Origin: an uncultured Methanoregulaceae archaeon
Lineage (GTDB): Archaea; Halobacteriota; Methanomicrobia; Methanomicrobiales; Methanospirillaceae
Length of the DNA stretch: 64,000 nt
Direction: 5' to 3'
NCBI GenBank assembly: GCA_963737635.1
Contig: CAVTTL010000001.1
Span: 1,280,001-1,344,000 of the forward strand
Shown here piece by piece: positions 41,170 through 51,470 of this stretch. The notes under the pieces are model-generated. The model did not search any database, was not told where the DNA came from, and saw only the letters and a program-made list of their open reading frames with translations. Within the stretch, counting starts at the first letter, position 1. Every line of letters begins with the position of its first letter. The position numbers and the translations under genes are program-made.

Positions 41170-42237
41170 ATGATTTCACTCCGGTTTTACCGCATCTATG
41201 ATATCGGGCGGGAGATCGATATCGACTGGCTCGAGAAGTCTCTTGCCCGGAATTATTTCACGGCCCGGTCGAGTTTTGTCCGGGTCAAGCCCAAATCCAT
41301 CATGATCGAATCGTCCCCGATCCTGATCCGTATGCTGCCAATTACGGTGGAGCGGGAAGGACGCTCGTTTGAATTCTCCGCGGTTGCCCGGGTTTATGAT
41401 ATCGGGGTCATCAGCCTCTGTTTCATTCACGAGAACCCGGAGGCAGATCATGACAAGCTCGAATACCTTGCGTTCCTGTTCGCCGGCCAGGAAGGGCTTT
41501 CGGATTTCTTCCTCCAGTATCTTTCTACGCTGGGTGAGATCATCAAGCCGCATATCAAAAATTTTGCCATCGATCCGGACTTCTACGAGGACTACACGAT
41601 TTATGTGACCGATCGGCGGGACGATTCAATCGATCCGGTGCCCCTTCTTCTTGGAGACCGGACCTGTGTATCCCCCCAGATCCGCGAAGACATCATAAAA
41701 AATTCTCTCAGTTATTCCGATGAGGACCTGGCGGTGATTTCGTGGGATTCTGCGCTCTTATGCGGTCCCGAGAGCCCGACAGATCTTATCGATCTTATCG
41801 AGTTTGCAAACGTGCAGGTGCTCGAACTGAGATACTATGACCGGGAGCTTACCCGCGAGATGGCGCGGATGTATGACGATATCGAGCATGCGGACCGGTT
41901 GTCTTGGTTCAGCCGGAGCCGCAAGTACCACTCCATTATGAAACACCAGATGAAGACGTCCGCGGAGATCTCGGAGACGATTGAAAAGGTTGATAACCTG
42001 ATCAAAGTGACCGAGGATATCTATTACGCCCGTGTCTATTCGGCCGCATTAAAGATCCTCCGCAGTGGTCAGTGGAGCGAGAGCGTTAGTAGGAAAATTA
42101 ATGTGATCCGCGAGAACTATTCGATGCTTTCTGATGAAGTTAGGATCGAGCACTCAAATTTCCTTGAGTGGGTGGTGATCCTCCTGATCGCATTCGAGAT
42201 TTCTGTAATGCTTTGGGAGCGTGCGTGGTCCTTGTGA
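41170..42237 (+). CDS. RMD1/DUF155-like protein with C-terminal TM
   Basis: Helical region followed by EHSNFLEWVVILLIAFEI, resembling the DUF155 C-terminal signature. Confidence 0.65.
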   Translation: MISLRFYRIYDIGREIDIDWLEKSLARNYFTARSSFVRVKPKSIMIESSPILIRMLPITVEREGRSFEFSAVARVYDIGVISLCFIHENPEADHDKLEYLAFLFAGQEGLSDFFLQYLSTLGEIIKPHIKNFAIDPDFYEDYTIYVTDRRDDSIDPVPLLLGDRTCVSPQIREDIIKNSLSYSDEDLAVISWDSALLCGPESPTDLIDLIEFANVQVLELRYYDRELTREMARMYDDIEHADRLSWFSRSRKYHSIMKHQMKTSAEISETIEKVDNLIKVTEDIYYARVYSAALKILRSGQWSESVSRKINVIRENYSMLSDEVRIEHSNFLEWVVILLIAFEISVMLWERAWSL

Positions 42238-42320
42238 CGGAAGCACGTTTTCATATGAAAAGCAGGCTGGAATGTGACAACTCGTCGGCCTGAGAGATTT
42301 AAAACGCCGAGAAAAAAGAA

Positions 42321-42668
42321 TTACAGGTAACGGTTCTTCCGCAGCCAGTCTACCTGAGGCGGCAGGTACCGGTAGATAATATCGCACTTATCGTCTTGGA
42401 AACTCCACGGGACAATAATCAGGGTGTCCCCTTCGCGGATCCAGACGCGTTTTTTAATCTTGCCTTTAATTCGTCCCATACGGGTGACCCCGTCGAAACA
42501 TCGTACCCGTATGTGGTTTGCACCCATCATCAGGTCGGCGGAACCAAACATTTCATTATTCCATTTCTTGGGAAGCCTGACCCGGACAAAAGGTGTACCA
42601 TCGGGATTAAAACCTTCAGGTTCCCCAGTTTCACCACTACCGCCTTTTTTCTTTGCATTATCGGTGAT
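42321..42668 (-). CDS. eif1a: Translation initiation factor aIF-1A (apparent ATC start)
   Basis: VRVRLP..EMFG..MMGANHIRVRCFDGVTRMGRIKGKIKKRVWIREGD..PWSFQD.KCDIIYRY. The frame extends 39 codons upstream of the listed ORF to an ATC 8 nt after GAGGAG. Confidence 0.93.
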   Translation of the reverse strand: MTDNAKKKGGSGETGEPEGFNPDGTPFVRVRLPKKWNNEMFGSADLMMGANHIRVRCFDGVTRMGRIKGKIKKRVWIREGDTLIIVPWSFQDDKCDIIYRYLPPQVDWLRKNRYL

Positions 42669-42784
42669 GCCAACAACTCCTCATATATAAATGGCGTTGA
42701 GAATAATTAACGTATCCATCCGTACACCCTCTAATACTGGTGCAGATTCATACCTGTATTTCTGAATGTTTTTCCTTATTGCTT

Positions 42785-43936
42785 TTAGCCGCCTTCCGGC
42801 TCATCAGGGCCAAAAAGTGTCTGCTGCCGTGAATCCTGCCGTTTCAAGCATGAGAGCCGCAGGCCGATGCGCCTTATTTTCGTTCCATTGAAGAGTTCGC
42901 GGAGAAGTTCTTGTGAACCCCCCCGGATCGTTTCCTTATCATCATGATAATGAATCAGAGTCTTTGCTTTTGTTTTTGTTACAAATCCTTCGGATCGGAT
43001 TCTGACGGTGATGGTTTTGAAATAAAGGTTTTCTTTAGCAAGGGACTGGTACGCCTCTTCTATGAGGTCTTCCATAGTGGCGACAATCTCACCGGGATCC
43101 CGAGTATCCTGTTTAAAGGTGGTCTCTTTTGAGAGAGATTTTATATCGCCACGCTCAACAACTTCGTCCCCGTCAGCGCCGAGAGCAGCTTCGTGTAGCA
43201 CTACCGCTGCTCGCCCGAAGTGCCCGAGAAGCCTCTGAATATCGTATGTGGCAAGTTCACCGATGGTATGTATCCTCAGTGTCTCCAGTTCTTTCTCAGT
43301 TTTACTCCCTATCCCTGGGATCTTACGGACCGGCAGGGGTGCAAGAAATGAAGGAACATCTGCGGGTTTCACGACGGTCAGGCCATCGGGTTTTTTGAAA
43401 TCCGAGGCCATTTTTGCAACAATCTTCGTCGGAGCAAGACCGAGCGAACAGGTGATCCCGCACCGGCCGCGGATCTCCTTTTTCAGGTATTCTGCTAGTT
43501 TCTGCGACTCAAAAAAACTACCGGCAGGACTCAGATCCAAAAATGCCTCGTCAATGCTCACCTGCTCGAACCGGAACTCCGTTGATCTAAGAATTACCAT
43601 GATCTCTTCAGATACCTCTACATAGCGGGACATGTGAGGACGAAGAAAGACCGCTTCAGGACAGAGCCGGTATGCCTGAGATATGGGCATTGCAGACTTG
43701 ATACCGTACTTCCGTGCCTCGTATGAGCAGGTGGCAACAACGCCCCTCCCGGTACCCCCCTGAGGATCGGCACCAACCACAACGGGTTTTCCGGCATGGC
43801 ATGGGTGATCGTGCATCTCGACGGCTGCATAGAAACAGTCCATATCGGCATGCAGGATAATTCTGCAAGGGTTAACAGGTGTATCACCTGTCGTTACCCC
43901 GGTCATTATCCTTCCTTGTGATATCCTTCCTGTCAT
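42785..43936 (-). CDS. dinB: DNA polymerase IV (Y family); alternative start 43906
   Basis: HADMDCFYAAVE, SYEARKYG, SIDEAFLD, KMASDFKKPDG and IPGIG; C-terminal RQQTLF. Confidence 0.95.
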   Translation of the reverse strand: MTGRISQGRIMTGVTTGDTPVNPCRIILHADMDCFYAAVEMHDHPCHAGKPVVVGADPQGGTGRGVVATCSYEARKYGIKSAMPISQAYRLCPEAVFLRPHMSRYVEVSEEIMVILRSTEFRFEQVSIDEAFLDLSPAGSFFESQKLAEYLKKEIRGRCGITCSLGLAPTKIVAKMASDFKKPDGLTVVKPADVPSFLAPLPVRKIPGIGSKTEKELETLRIHTIGELATYDIQRLLGHFGRAAVVLHEAALGADGDEVVERGDIKSLSKETTFKQDTRDPGEIVATMEDLIEEAYQSLAKENLYFKTITVRIRSEGFVTKTKAKTLIHYHDDKETIRGGSQELLRELFNGTKIRRIGLRLSCLKRQDSRQQTLFGPDEPEGG

Positions 43937-43949
43937 GTGTGGATATCGG

Positions 43950-45161
43950 TCACCTGCTCAGGCCTCTAGCCGTAAACTCCCTTTTCTCTGAAAAACCGGT
44001 GAAATCACTTAGGGTACATTGCCGCTGCTTCAGGCTTTCTTGGAGCAGAGTGGTTTCAGTGATAAATCTCTGCAAAGGGAGGGTAAATGTGGCAGAGACA
44101 TGTGCAAGTGCAGATTTGAGGTCTTCGAATTCTCTGAACGGTTCATGCATTGCACTCCTGACATTCTCCCGTACATTAAACACACCCATAGGTACATAAC
44201 CGGGTAACGCCTCGCGCAATATAATGGCGCCAGCCTGCCGGTGCTCCCGAGCTAATGCTTCAAGTACTGCCATCTTGCAGGAATAATAGCACCCGCCAAG
44301 GGACGAATAACCCTCCTTCCCCTTATTTCTCTCGTAATCCGAAAAGACATATTCCTCGTTTCCGAGCACATGAAGGAATGCTTCTGTCCACTCATACTGC
44401 CAGCCGGTTGGCATCAGGAGGACTGCATACCGATTATGCAGGCTGGCGAATTCGTACATTCTCAGGGTATCGATCACCGGGCACTTTTTTACCTCCGTCA
44501 GGAGCCGGTCGCCGATCATAGTGTCACATGCGGTTATCGACCACCGCGTTGGAACAAGACGGCGTCGGGGGCCTCTCCCCATCGTCCCAGCGGAAAATGC
44601 CTTCTGGATAGTTGAGAATGCAAGATCCGAACGGTGTAAATCGAGAACAGCATTGCGGGCCGTCAGATCGGTATCATAAAAGACTTTTTCGAGAGATGGA
44701 TTCCAGCGTCCTGCCTCGATCTCCAAACGTTCAAGCGGTGCACTTGGCCCAAACGGGGTATGCTCTTCTGAAAAAGTGAGGCCCACTGGGGGGGTTTCGA
44801 ATGCGGCCTCGCTTTCAATGGAACCTTCGGCAAGGACGATTTCCTGAAGTTTTTCTACAAACCGGTTATCGAGATCGAGGGCATTGGTCATATGCTTACC
44901 CCGGACAAGGTTCATCCGGTACCCGATGATCTCTTCCTGGGTCAGGTGGCCACAAATCCACTCCTCAGGCCTGTCCATGATCCCGGTGTCACCATGCACC
45001 GGTGCAATCATCGGACCGGCAAGTATATCCGGGTAGTTCCAGCTGCCGATAAAGACCGAGGGCGGGGAGCTGCCGGTCATCTCCTTTCCCACTTCCACCG
45101 ATTTCATCTGGGCCGTTGCCGCGGTCAGCTGCCTGAGATATGCCCCTTTCCCGAGGATCAT
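43950..45161 (-). CDS. nreA: Nre family archaeal DNA repair protein
   Basis: [41 protein letters not shown] and [10 protein letters not shown]; C-terminal PIP-like QCTLSDF. Confidence 0.85.
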   Translation of the reverse strand: MILGKGAYLRQLTAATAQMKSVEVGKEMTGSSPPSVFIGSWNYPDILAGPMIAPVHGDTGIMDRPEEWICGHLTQEEIIGYRMNLVRGKHMTNALDLDNRFVEKLQEIVLAEGSIESEAAFETPPVGLTFSEEHTPFGPSAPLERLEIEAGRWNPSLEKVFYDTDLTARNAVLDLHRSDLAFSTIQKAFSAGTMGRGPRRRLVPTRWSITACDTMIGDRLLTEVKKCPVIDTLRMYEFASLHNRYAVLLMPTGWQYEWTEAFLHVLGNEEYVFSDYERNKGKEGYSSLGGCYYSCKMAVLEALAREHRQAGAIILREALPGYVPMGVFNVRENVRSAMHEPFREFEDLKSALAHVSATFTLPLQRFITETTLLQESLKQRQCTLSDFTGFSEKREFTARGLSR

Positions 45162-45385
45162 GCTATATGAGAGATCGGGAGTATGAATATTAAAGAGAGA
45201 GGGTGTGCGGGGAGAAAGTGAAACACGGGCCCCGCTTTACCGTGGTGCCGGAAAAGAACCGTTGGGTAGTAATCGGTATTGCAGAAATTGTCGGCATTCT
45301 CTTGTATCTGGCTTGAAATGGAGATTTTTGAGACAGCCTCTTCGTTCTCAAATCCTATAACCAATTATATTAAACAGGTACTGAC

Positions 45386-45709
45386 ATGATCCCGGTTTCT
45401 GTCGCGCTTGCTGCTTTCATATGCTATGTCCTTGTCAACATCATTGTTTTCAATCTGTATGCGTATGACAAACATACCGCTCGCACTGGTGAGTGGAGGC
45501 TTACCGAACGCCTTCTTATTACAGCTGCGTTATTCGGGCCGTTTGGTGCATATGTAGCAATGCACCTATTCCGTCACAAAATCAGGAAACTGAAATTCTA
45601 CCTGATACCGCTATTCATGATCATTCATATTGCTGGAATACTCTATGTGGCGGCCATTCTTGTTCACCCCCCTCTATCCGATCTTGCTCAACGAACCCTG
45701 ATCCTTTAA
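45386..45709 (+). CDS. DUF1294 family membrane protein
   Basis: YAYDK..A...WRLTE..L...GPFGA..AMHLFRHK. Confidence 0.85.
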   Translation: MIPVSVALAAFICYVLVNIIVFNLYAYDKHTARTGEWRLTERLLITAALFGPFGAYVAMHLFRHKIRKLKFYLIPLFMIIHIAGILYVAAILVHPPLSDLAQRTLIL

Positions 45710-45735
45710 TACCGGGGCAGGTCATACTTCCTTGA

Positions 45736-46224
45736 ATGCGAACCAACAGGCACCAGTATTTCCTTGACCTCGCCCAGCGGTGCGCCAACCAGGGCACCTG
45801 TCTGCGACGCAACTTCGGCGCGATTATTGTCGACGAATACAATACGATCGTATCCACCGGCTATACCGGCGCCCCACGTAAGCAGATGGACTGCACCGAA
45901 CTCAGGCACTGCTGGAGAAAAGAGCATAACATCCCCTCAGGTTCCAACTACGAACGGTGCAGAAGCGTACACGCGGAGATGAATGCGCTGCTCCAGGCAG
46001 GGAAACTGGCCCGCGGTTGTACTCTCTATCTCGCCGGTTTCGATGTTGGTACAGGTGAACTCACGCAGATATGGCCGTGTTTCTTGTGCTCCAAGATGAT
46101 CGTCAACAGCGGGATTGCCCGGGTCGTTATGCGGACGACACCTTCGGAGTTCAAAGAGATGGATCCAATGGTGCTCTACCAGATGCGGAGCCGGGAATCA
46201 CTCGGGGACGATTCCGCGTCATAA
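45736..46224 (+). CDS. dCMP/cytidine deaminase family protein
   Basis: TCLRR.FGA, STGY.GAP, HAEMNA and PCFLC Zn motifs. Confidence 0.92.
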   Translation: MRTNRHQYFLDLAQRCANQGTCLRRNFGAIIVDEYNTIVSTGYTGAPRKQMDCTELRHCWRKEHNIPSGSNYERCRSVHAEMNALLQAGKLARGCTLYLAGFDVGTGELTQIWPCFLCSKMIVNSGIARVVMRTTPSEFKEMDPMVLYQMRSRESLGDDSAS

Positions 46225-46321
46225 CCTTCAGCATGTACTCTACAGTTGATGTATGAAGTAACCGACAGATACACGCTCCCACAAAAACTATGCCTCCACG
46301 AGCCCCACATTTTTCATATCC

Positions 46322-47134
46322 ATGCCTGCCCGATCCGTTCCCGTGGTACTTGTTCACGGTTGGAAGAGCCATCCCGGCATATGGAACCGGCTCACCCCGC
46401 GGCTCAATGAGACGGGCATTCCTTACTGGAGCTTTGACTTCACATCCCTTGACGGAGCGTCTATGGAAGAGATTGCAGGAGCTCTGGGAAGATTTATTGC
46501 AACAAAGCGGGAAGAGCAAGACTACAATGGCAGCGTTGATGTAGTGTGCCATTCCATTGGCTCCTGCATCGCCCGCTACCTATTCGAAGTAACGGATGGT
46601 CACACCCGGCACGAACAGGTGCGCCAGCTCATCGCCATTGGCCCGCCCAACAACGGCTCTTCTCTTGCCGAACTTTTCTGCGACCCGGTAGTCGGGCCGG
46701 CAATAACCGAGAGGTTATGCGGCACCTTCGTTCCCCAGAATTTTGATCCTGTCGCAGATGTCATTGTTCAGGCCTGTCGTCCGGGGAGCGCAACGATGAC
46801 GGCCCTTCGCGAGGCAGGTATCCGCCCTGATATCCGGTACCGGCTCCTCTGCGCGGAAAATATCATTCGCACTTCCTCCTTTTTCCCCTGTTTTGGGGGA
46901 AAGACCTATGAGCTACAGCCAGATGGGAGATGGGTTATGACGTACTTCGGTGACGGCATCGTGCCTCATGCAGACTCGGTTCTTCCCGGCGCGACTCTGG
47001 ATATTCTCCCGGCTAAGCCAGCATCGCTCGAAAATGATGCCCGGCAATACTGTCATATTCATCTGCCCCGTGCTCCCGAAGTTGTGAACCGCGTCGTTGA
47101 TTTCCTGCATCATTGCCCGGTCACTCAGGGTTAA
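46322..47134 (+). CDS. Alpha/beta hydrolase (lipase/esterase-like)
   Basis: VVLVHGW, CHSIG nucleophile elbow, GPPNNGS, GDGIVP and CH. Confidence 0.85.
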   Translation: MPARSVPVVLVHGWKSHPGIWNRLTPRLNETGIPYWSFDFTSLDGASMEEIAGALGRFIATKREEQDYNGSVDVVCHSIGSCIARYLFEVTDGHTRHEQVRQLIAIGPPNNGSSLAELFCDPVVGPAITERLCGTFVPQNFDPVADVIVQACRPGSATMTALREAGIRPDIRYRLLCAENIIRTSSFFPCFGGKTYELQPDGRWVMTYFGDGIVPHADSVLPGATLDILPAKPASLENDARQYCHIHLPRAPEVVNRVVDFLHHCPVTQG

Positions 47135-47192
47135 TGAGATAACTGTACTAATGAGAAGGATGGCCCTTTGCGACTGTCGGTGCAGGTTGTTT

Positions 47193-47696
47193 TTATGTAG
47201 CTCTCTTTGCCTCGTTATAGAGGGAGACCAGAGAGATACTAGTCAGATTAAGCGTGGTTGCCGCATACCATAGGAACGTTTCGTTGGGACTCAGCTTCAT
47301 GATCCAGCCCGACCACAGCATCAGGCAGATGATCGAAAAGGAGAGCAGGGTGTCTCCCGCAAGAAAGACCATAGGCCGGTGTGCAAGCCTCCCTAACTCA
47401 GCAAGGGTGCAGTATTCCAGCGGAGTGGGAATATGCAGGAGATCGCCAGCAGCCCGTATGGCGTTCATGGTAAAATCGATAGCTGCCCATGCAACCACCA
47501 GCCACCCAAAACCTGACAGGAGTGGATTTGAAGGCGTCCCGGCCTGGATAGCCGCAATACCAAAGAGCCCCTTGAAGGTACAGAACGGGAGTCCGATTGT
47601 AAGGGTAAGAAAGAAGGGCCGGACAAAAAATTTCTGGATGCGGTCGGCTGGGCTCGGGTCCTTCATGTACCGTTCCGGGGTCTGTTCTGGTGGCAT
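47193..47696 (-). CDS. Hypothetical membrane protein (about 4 TM)
   Basis: Long ORF with four hydrophobic segments; start uncertain. Confidence 0.6.
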   Translation of the reverse strand: MPPEQTPERYMKDPSPADRIQKFFVRPFFLTLTIGLPFCTFKGLFGIAAIQAGTPSNPLLSGFGWLVVAWAAIDFTMNAIRAAGDLLHIPTPLEYCTLAELGRLAHRPMVFLAGDTLLSFSIICLMLWSGWIMKLSPNETFLWYAATTLNLTSISLVSLYNEAKRAT

Positions 47697-47932
47697 GGGT
47701 GTGCAAAGATAGGACTTCGGTGACCAAAGCCTGCAGGAACCTAGTGCAGGTTTACGGCATATCAGGGCCGGGGGTACTGTTTTGTTTCTGTGACCGTTAT
47801 GTCGGGAAAGAATAAGAAAGATTTTGGTGCATGGCAAAAGGAAAATATCCCGTTATGCACTATTTAACCGCGAGTCCGCTATCCCCTGCACAATGCATTC
47901 CTTTATCTCCCCGAAGCGATGAACCCTTGACC

Positions 47933-48220
47933 ATGTCACCAGTACACCCGTCAGGATCCGGACCAAGGAAAAGCCGCTTTGCAAGCCCGGACAGGAACCG
48001 CCATGCGGAAAACCACGAGCATCACGCGATGGCCACTCCAGATGTCCATCCCCCACACCACCCCCAGAAAAAAGAAGAACTTCCACCTCGGCATCATCCC
48101 CATACCGGACCAGAAAACAAAGATTTGAACGTGGATCACGGTACTCATGAGGATCGGCCGCGCCCCGGAAAGATTGCAAAGAAGGAAGAACCTTCCGTAT
48201 CAAATAAAAAATCTCGATGA
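47933..48220 (+). CDS. Putative His/Pro-rich disordered small protein
   Basis: 95 aa with 13 His; TTTATC element about 26 nt upstream of the ATG (leaderless-like). Confidence 0.45.
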   Translation: MSPVHPSGSGPRKSRFASPDRNRHAENHEHHAMATPDVHPPHHPQKKEELPPRHHPHTGPENKDLNVDHGTHEDRPRPGKIAKKEEPSVSNKKSR

Positions 48221-48332
48221 TCCTATCGGTGTGACTACATTTCATGCGCTACTGATTTTGACCCAAGGAAGCCGCGGAAGGGACGGAGTGAGAACTTAAT
48301 ATTTCGAAACAGCAAATTACAAAAGAGACGAT

Positions 48333-49079
48333 TTATCCACGCCGAACTACAAAGATCGCTGCACCGAGGGCAATAATAATAGCTGAAGGTTCCAAAGGCA
48401 CCGTTGTTGTGGTTGCTGGTACGGTGAATAGTATCGTGACCTGAGTTGTTTCCGGCGGTATGGGAACGGGACTCTGTGTCGGAATGGTTGTTGGTGGGAA
48501 TGTGGGTCGTGTGGGCCGGGTTACAATCGAGGTGATCGATACCGAACCTTTGGTCACTTCCGTGTCACCACGCTGAACGAGGAGCGTCCCATTATTGGGT
48601 GATGTGGGGTTTTCGATACGGACGGAATACGAGCGGACGGCTGTGTTTACAGATGTCCCAAATCCCACGACTGCATGCCCTGAATCATCAGTCGTGACCA
48701 ACGCATAATAACTGGTGTCTGATATAAGTGACGATGATGGCGCCACATCATCGAGGATCGTCCTCCCATTGCCGTTAGAATATTTATAGGATCCAATCGT
48801 GTAAGGTCCTCCCGCCGGATCCTGCTGAACGTTCAACTGGTTGGGGACAATAAAAGGTGGCTGATTGTATGCATTTCCCGATAGCGACCAGGTACCCGTC
48901 AGCCAGACATAATATGCGGTATTTGGGTTTCCTGTTATATCGACGGTAAACTGTTGTCCCTGATTAATTGGGGAGCCGGAAAGATCAGAGATGGTATATT
49001 CTGCTGCTACTGAGGTGCTCAGAAGAGATGTGCTGCAGGCGCACAGGATGAGAACAAAGATTGCAGATTTTATGTACAT
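48333..49079 (-). CDS. Secreted/surface protein with Thr/Pro linker and C-terminal TM anchor
   Basis: Signal peptide, beta-rich domain, TRPTRPTFPPTT linker, VPLEP motif plus TM plus RR tail. Confidence 0.8.
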   Translation of the reverse strand: MYIKSAIFVLILCACSTSLLSTSVAAEYTISDLSGSPINQGQQFTVDITGNPNTAYYVWLTGTWSLSGNAYNQPPFIVPNQLNVQQDPAGGPYTIGSYKYSNGNGRTILDDVAPSSSLISDTSYYALVTTDDSGHAVVGFGTSVNTAVRSYSVRIENPTSPNNGTLLVQRGDTEVTKGSVSITSIVTRPTRPTFPPTTIPTQSPVPIPPETTQVTILFTVPATTTTVPLEPSAIIIALGAAIFVVRRG

Positions 49080-49270
49080 TCCAGTCTCACTGTACTAGTT
49101 TTCACACCAAGATGACGTTTTTTTCTGTTGAGGATAAACTTATGCGTTATGATGTCCTCATAAACCGTTTTTTTACAAAGAGTCTGGTTTCATTGTAGAG
49201 GAAGAGTTTCGTTTTTCCCCACAACACAATAGCTGATCTTTAAACGTTCCCTGCTCGTATCCGGGATCAT

Positions 49271-50227
49271 ATGCATGCAATAGAGGTTTCGCACCTGACC
49301 AAGAAATTTGGCGCCCTGACCGCGTTGAATGACATAAATTTCTCGGTTGACGTGGGGGAAACATTTGGTTTCCTTGGCCCGAACGGTGCGGGAAAGACTA
49401 CGATGATCCGGATTCTCACAGGCATCTCCTATCCAACTTCAGGAGCGGCATCCATATTCGGCCACGATATCTGCTGCGATACGATTGCGGCACGGCAGTC
49501 CATGGGAATCGTTTCTGAGACTTCGAATGTCTACGATGACCTGACCGCCTGGCAGAACATGATCTTTTCTGCAGAACTCTATCATGTACGCCGGGAGGTC
49601 CGGGAGAAAAAAGCAACGGAACTTCTTACCACCTTTGGTCTCTACGAGCGTCGCAATGACAAGGCGCATGGTTTTTCCAAAGGCATGAAACGGCGGCTGA
49701 CCATTGCCATGGGTCTGGTCAACAGCCCTCAACTGCTCTTTCTCGATGAACCGACTTCGGGTCTCGATGTCCAGAGCAATCTCGTCATTCGTGATGTAAT
49801 CACTGACCTTATCCATCAGGGAGTTACCGTTTTTCTGACCACCCATAATATCGAGGAGGCGAATATGATGTGCGACCGGGTGGCGATCGTCAACCGGGGA
49901 ACAATTGCTGCAATCGACGCACCGGAACGGCTCAAGGAAACAATCCAGAGCGTGCAGTCGATAGTGGTTTCTTTTGATCATACATCAGTGCACCAGATTG
50001 ATGAAGTTCGTCGTCTTTCGATGGTCAACGATGCCATAAAAGAAGGGGACAAGTTCCGGCTTTATACGGAAGATCCTGCAACGGTGATCGAATCGGTGAT
50101 GGAGTATGCCCGGGCTCAAAATCTCCGGGTGATCAGTATATCGACACTGGGCCCGAGCCTTGAGGATGTTTTCATCAAATTGACTGGCCTGCAGAGAACA
50201 GGGGGGATGATCCATGCCATCGATTGA
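49271..50227 (+). CDS. ABC exporter ATP-binding protein
   Basis: GPNGAGKTT, FSKGMKRR, LFLDEPT and TTH. Confidence 0.93.
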   Translation: MHAIEVSHLTKKFGALTALNDINFSVDVGETFGFLGPNGAGKTTMIRILTGISYPTSGAASIFGHDICCDTIAARQSMGIVSETSNVYDDLTAWQNMIFSAELYHVRREVREKKATELLTTFGLYERRNDKAHGFSKGMKRRLTIAMGLVNSPQLLFLDEPTSGLDVQSNLVIRDVITDLIHQGVTVFLTTHNIEEANMMCDRVAIVNRGTIAAIDAPERLKETIQSVQSIVVSFDHTSVHQIDEVRRLSMVNDAIKEGDKFRLYTEDPATVIESVMEYARAQNLRVISISTLGPSLEDVFIKLTGLQRTGGMIHAID

Positions 50228-50993
50228 AGGGAAAGAAAAAACTTCTGCATGGTTTGGGCGGCTCGGCCACGAATTATCAGCTGCATGGGCGATCTCGCGC
50301 AAGGACATGATCACGTACTACATCAAGCCAAATATCATCGTTTCGGGGATTCTTTTTCCGCTTTTTATGTTTCTCGCATTTGCTATCGGAAAAAATGCCC
50401 CTCCCGGCACCCTTATCCCGGGCCTCATCGCTATCACACTACTCTTCTCGGCTTCTTCGATCGAACCGGTTTCGATTCCCATCGAACGGCGGGTAAAAAC
50501 ATTCGATCGGCTCCTCTCCGCACCCATCTCGCTTCATTCATTGGTTTTTGGTGAGAGCATGAGCGGTTTTCTCTACAGTCTTGGTATTGCCTGTCTCCCT
50601 CTTGTTATCGGAATTGTTCTTTTTGGGACACCGATCGAGCATGCACCAGTACTTGTTATTGCGATGGCGCTGACTGCGTTCTGTTTTGCAACACTCGGAA
50701 CCCTGTTCGCCGCCTACCCAACGGAAAATGTTGGGGAGGTCATGTCCATGCTCAACACAGTCCGGCTGCCGCTTATCTTTATATCCGGCGTCTTTATCCC
50801 TATATCGGAAATTCCGCAGATAGGCCAGAGTATCGCGCTTTTCTCACCTCTGACGTATGGAAACGATATGATTACCTATGCATATACCGGTATATCGCTG
50901 TATTCACCCGTTGGGGATATCCTCGCATTGCTGCTCTTCATTTTGATCTTCCAGTTCGTAGCAAACCGGCTATATAAGAAATTCAATGAATGA
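50214..50993 (+). CDS. ABC-2 type permease
   Basis: Six TM helices; ERR..TFDRLLSAP, FISGVFIP and SPLTY; overlaps the ATPase gene. Confidence 0.9.
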   Translation: MPSIEGKEKTSAWFGRLGHELSAAWAISRKDMITYYIKPNIIVSGILFPLFMFLAFAIGKNAPPGTLIPGLIAITLLFSASSIEPVSIPIERRVKTFDRLLSAPISLHSLVFGESMSGFLYSLGIACLPLVIGIVLFGTPIEHAPVLVIAMALTAFCFATLGTLFAAYPTENVGEVMSMLNTVRLPLIFISGVFIPISEIPQIGQSIALFSPLTYGNDMITYAYTGISLYSPVGDILALLLFILIFQFVANRLYKKFNE

Positions 50994-51130
50994 GAAAGCA
51001 GATCGGCTGGATTTAGATCAGAAAATAAAAAACAGGCAAATGAACCCCAGATTTTATTATTTTAATTAATTAAAATCGCGGGCTTGACAAAAAAAGCGGA
51101 TGTTTTCCAGATCCAAGAGATAACCTGCTC

Positions 51131-51208
51131 TCATGCGTACGGCAGGTGTTGCACAACAGTCTGGAGAATAGCGATTATCAGATTCAGTAACCAGTTCCAG
51201 TCGAACAT
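51131..51208 (-). CDS. Unannotated 25-aa hydrophobic amphipathic peptide
   Basis: GGAGGTGA-cagg-ATG, giving MFDWNWLLNLIIAILQTVVQHLPYA then TGA; GTATAAAT box at 51257-51264; T-tracts downstream. Confidence 0.7.
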   Translation of the reverse strand: MFDWNWLLNLIIAILQTVVQHLPYA

Positions 51209-51470
51209 CCTGTCACCTCCGTTTTTTGGGTATAAGTGAGAATGTAGAATTATAGCATTTATACTATGCGATTTTTATCCGGGAAGGATAAAGGCGATAT
51301 TTTCAAAATTACTACTATAATTATGATAAAATGCAAAAAATCTGTCGGATTAAAATTATACTATCAGGTACTGGCAGGATCCCTACGAATGGCACAAAAC
51401 CGGAATACTGCGAAGTTGATCGGAACCGGTATAGAATAACATGATGAACCAAAAATAGTTCGCGATACAA

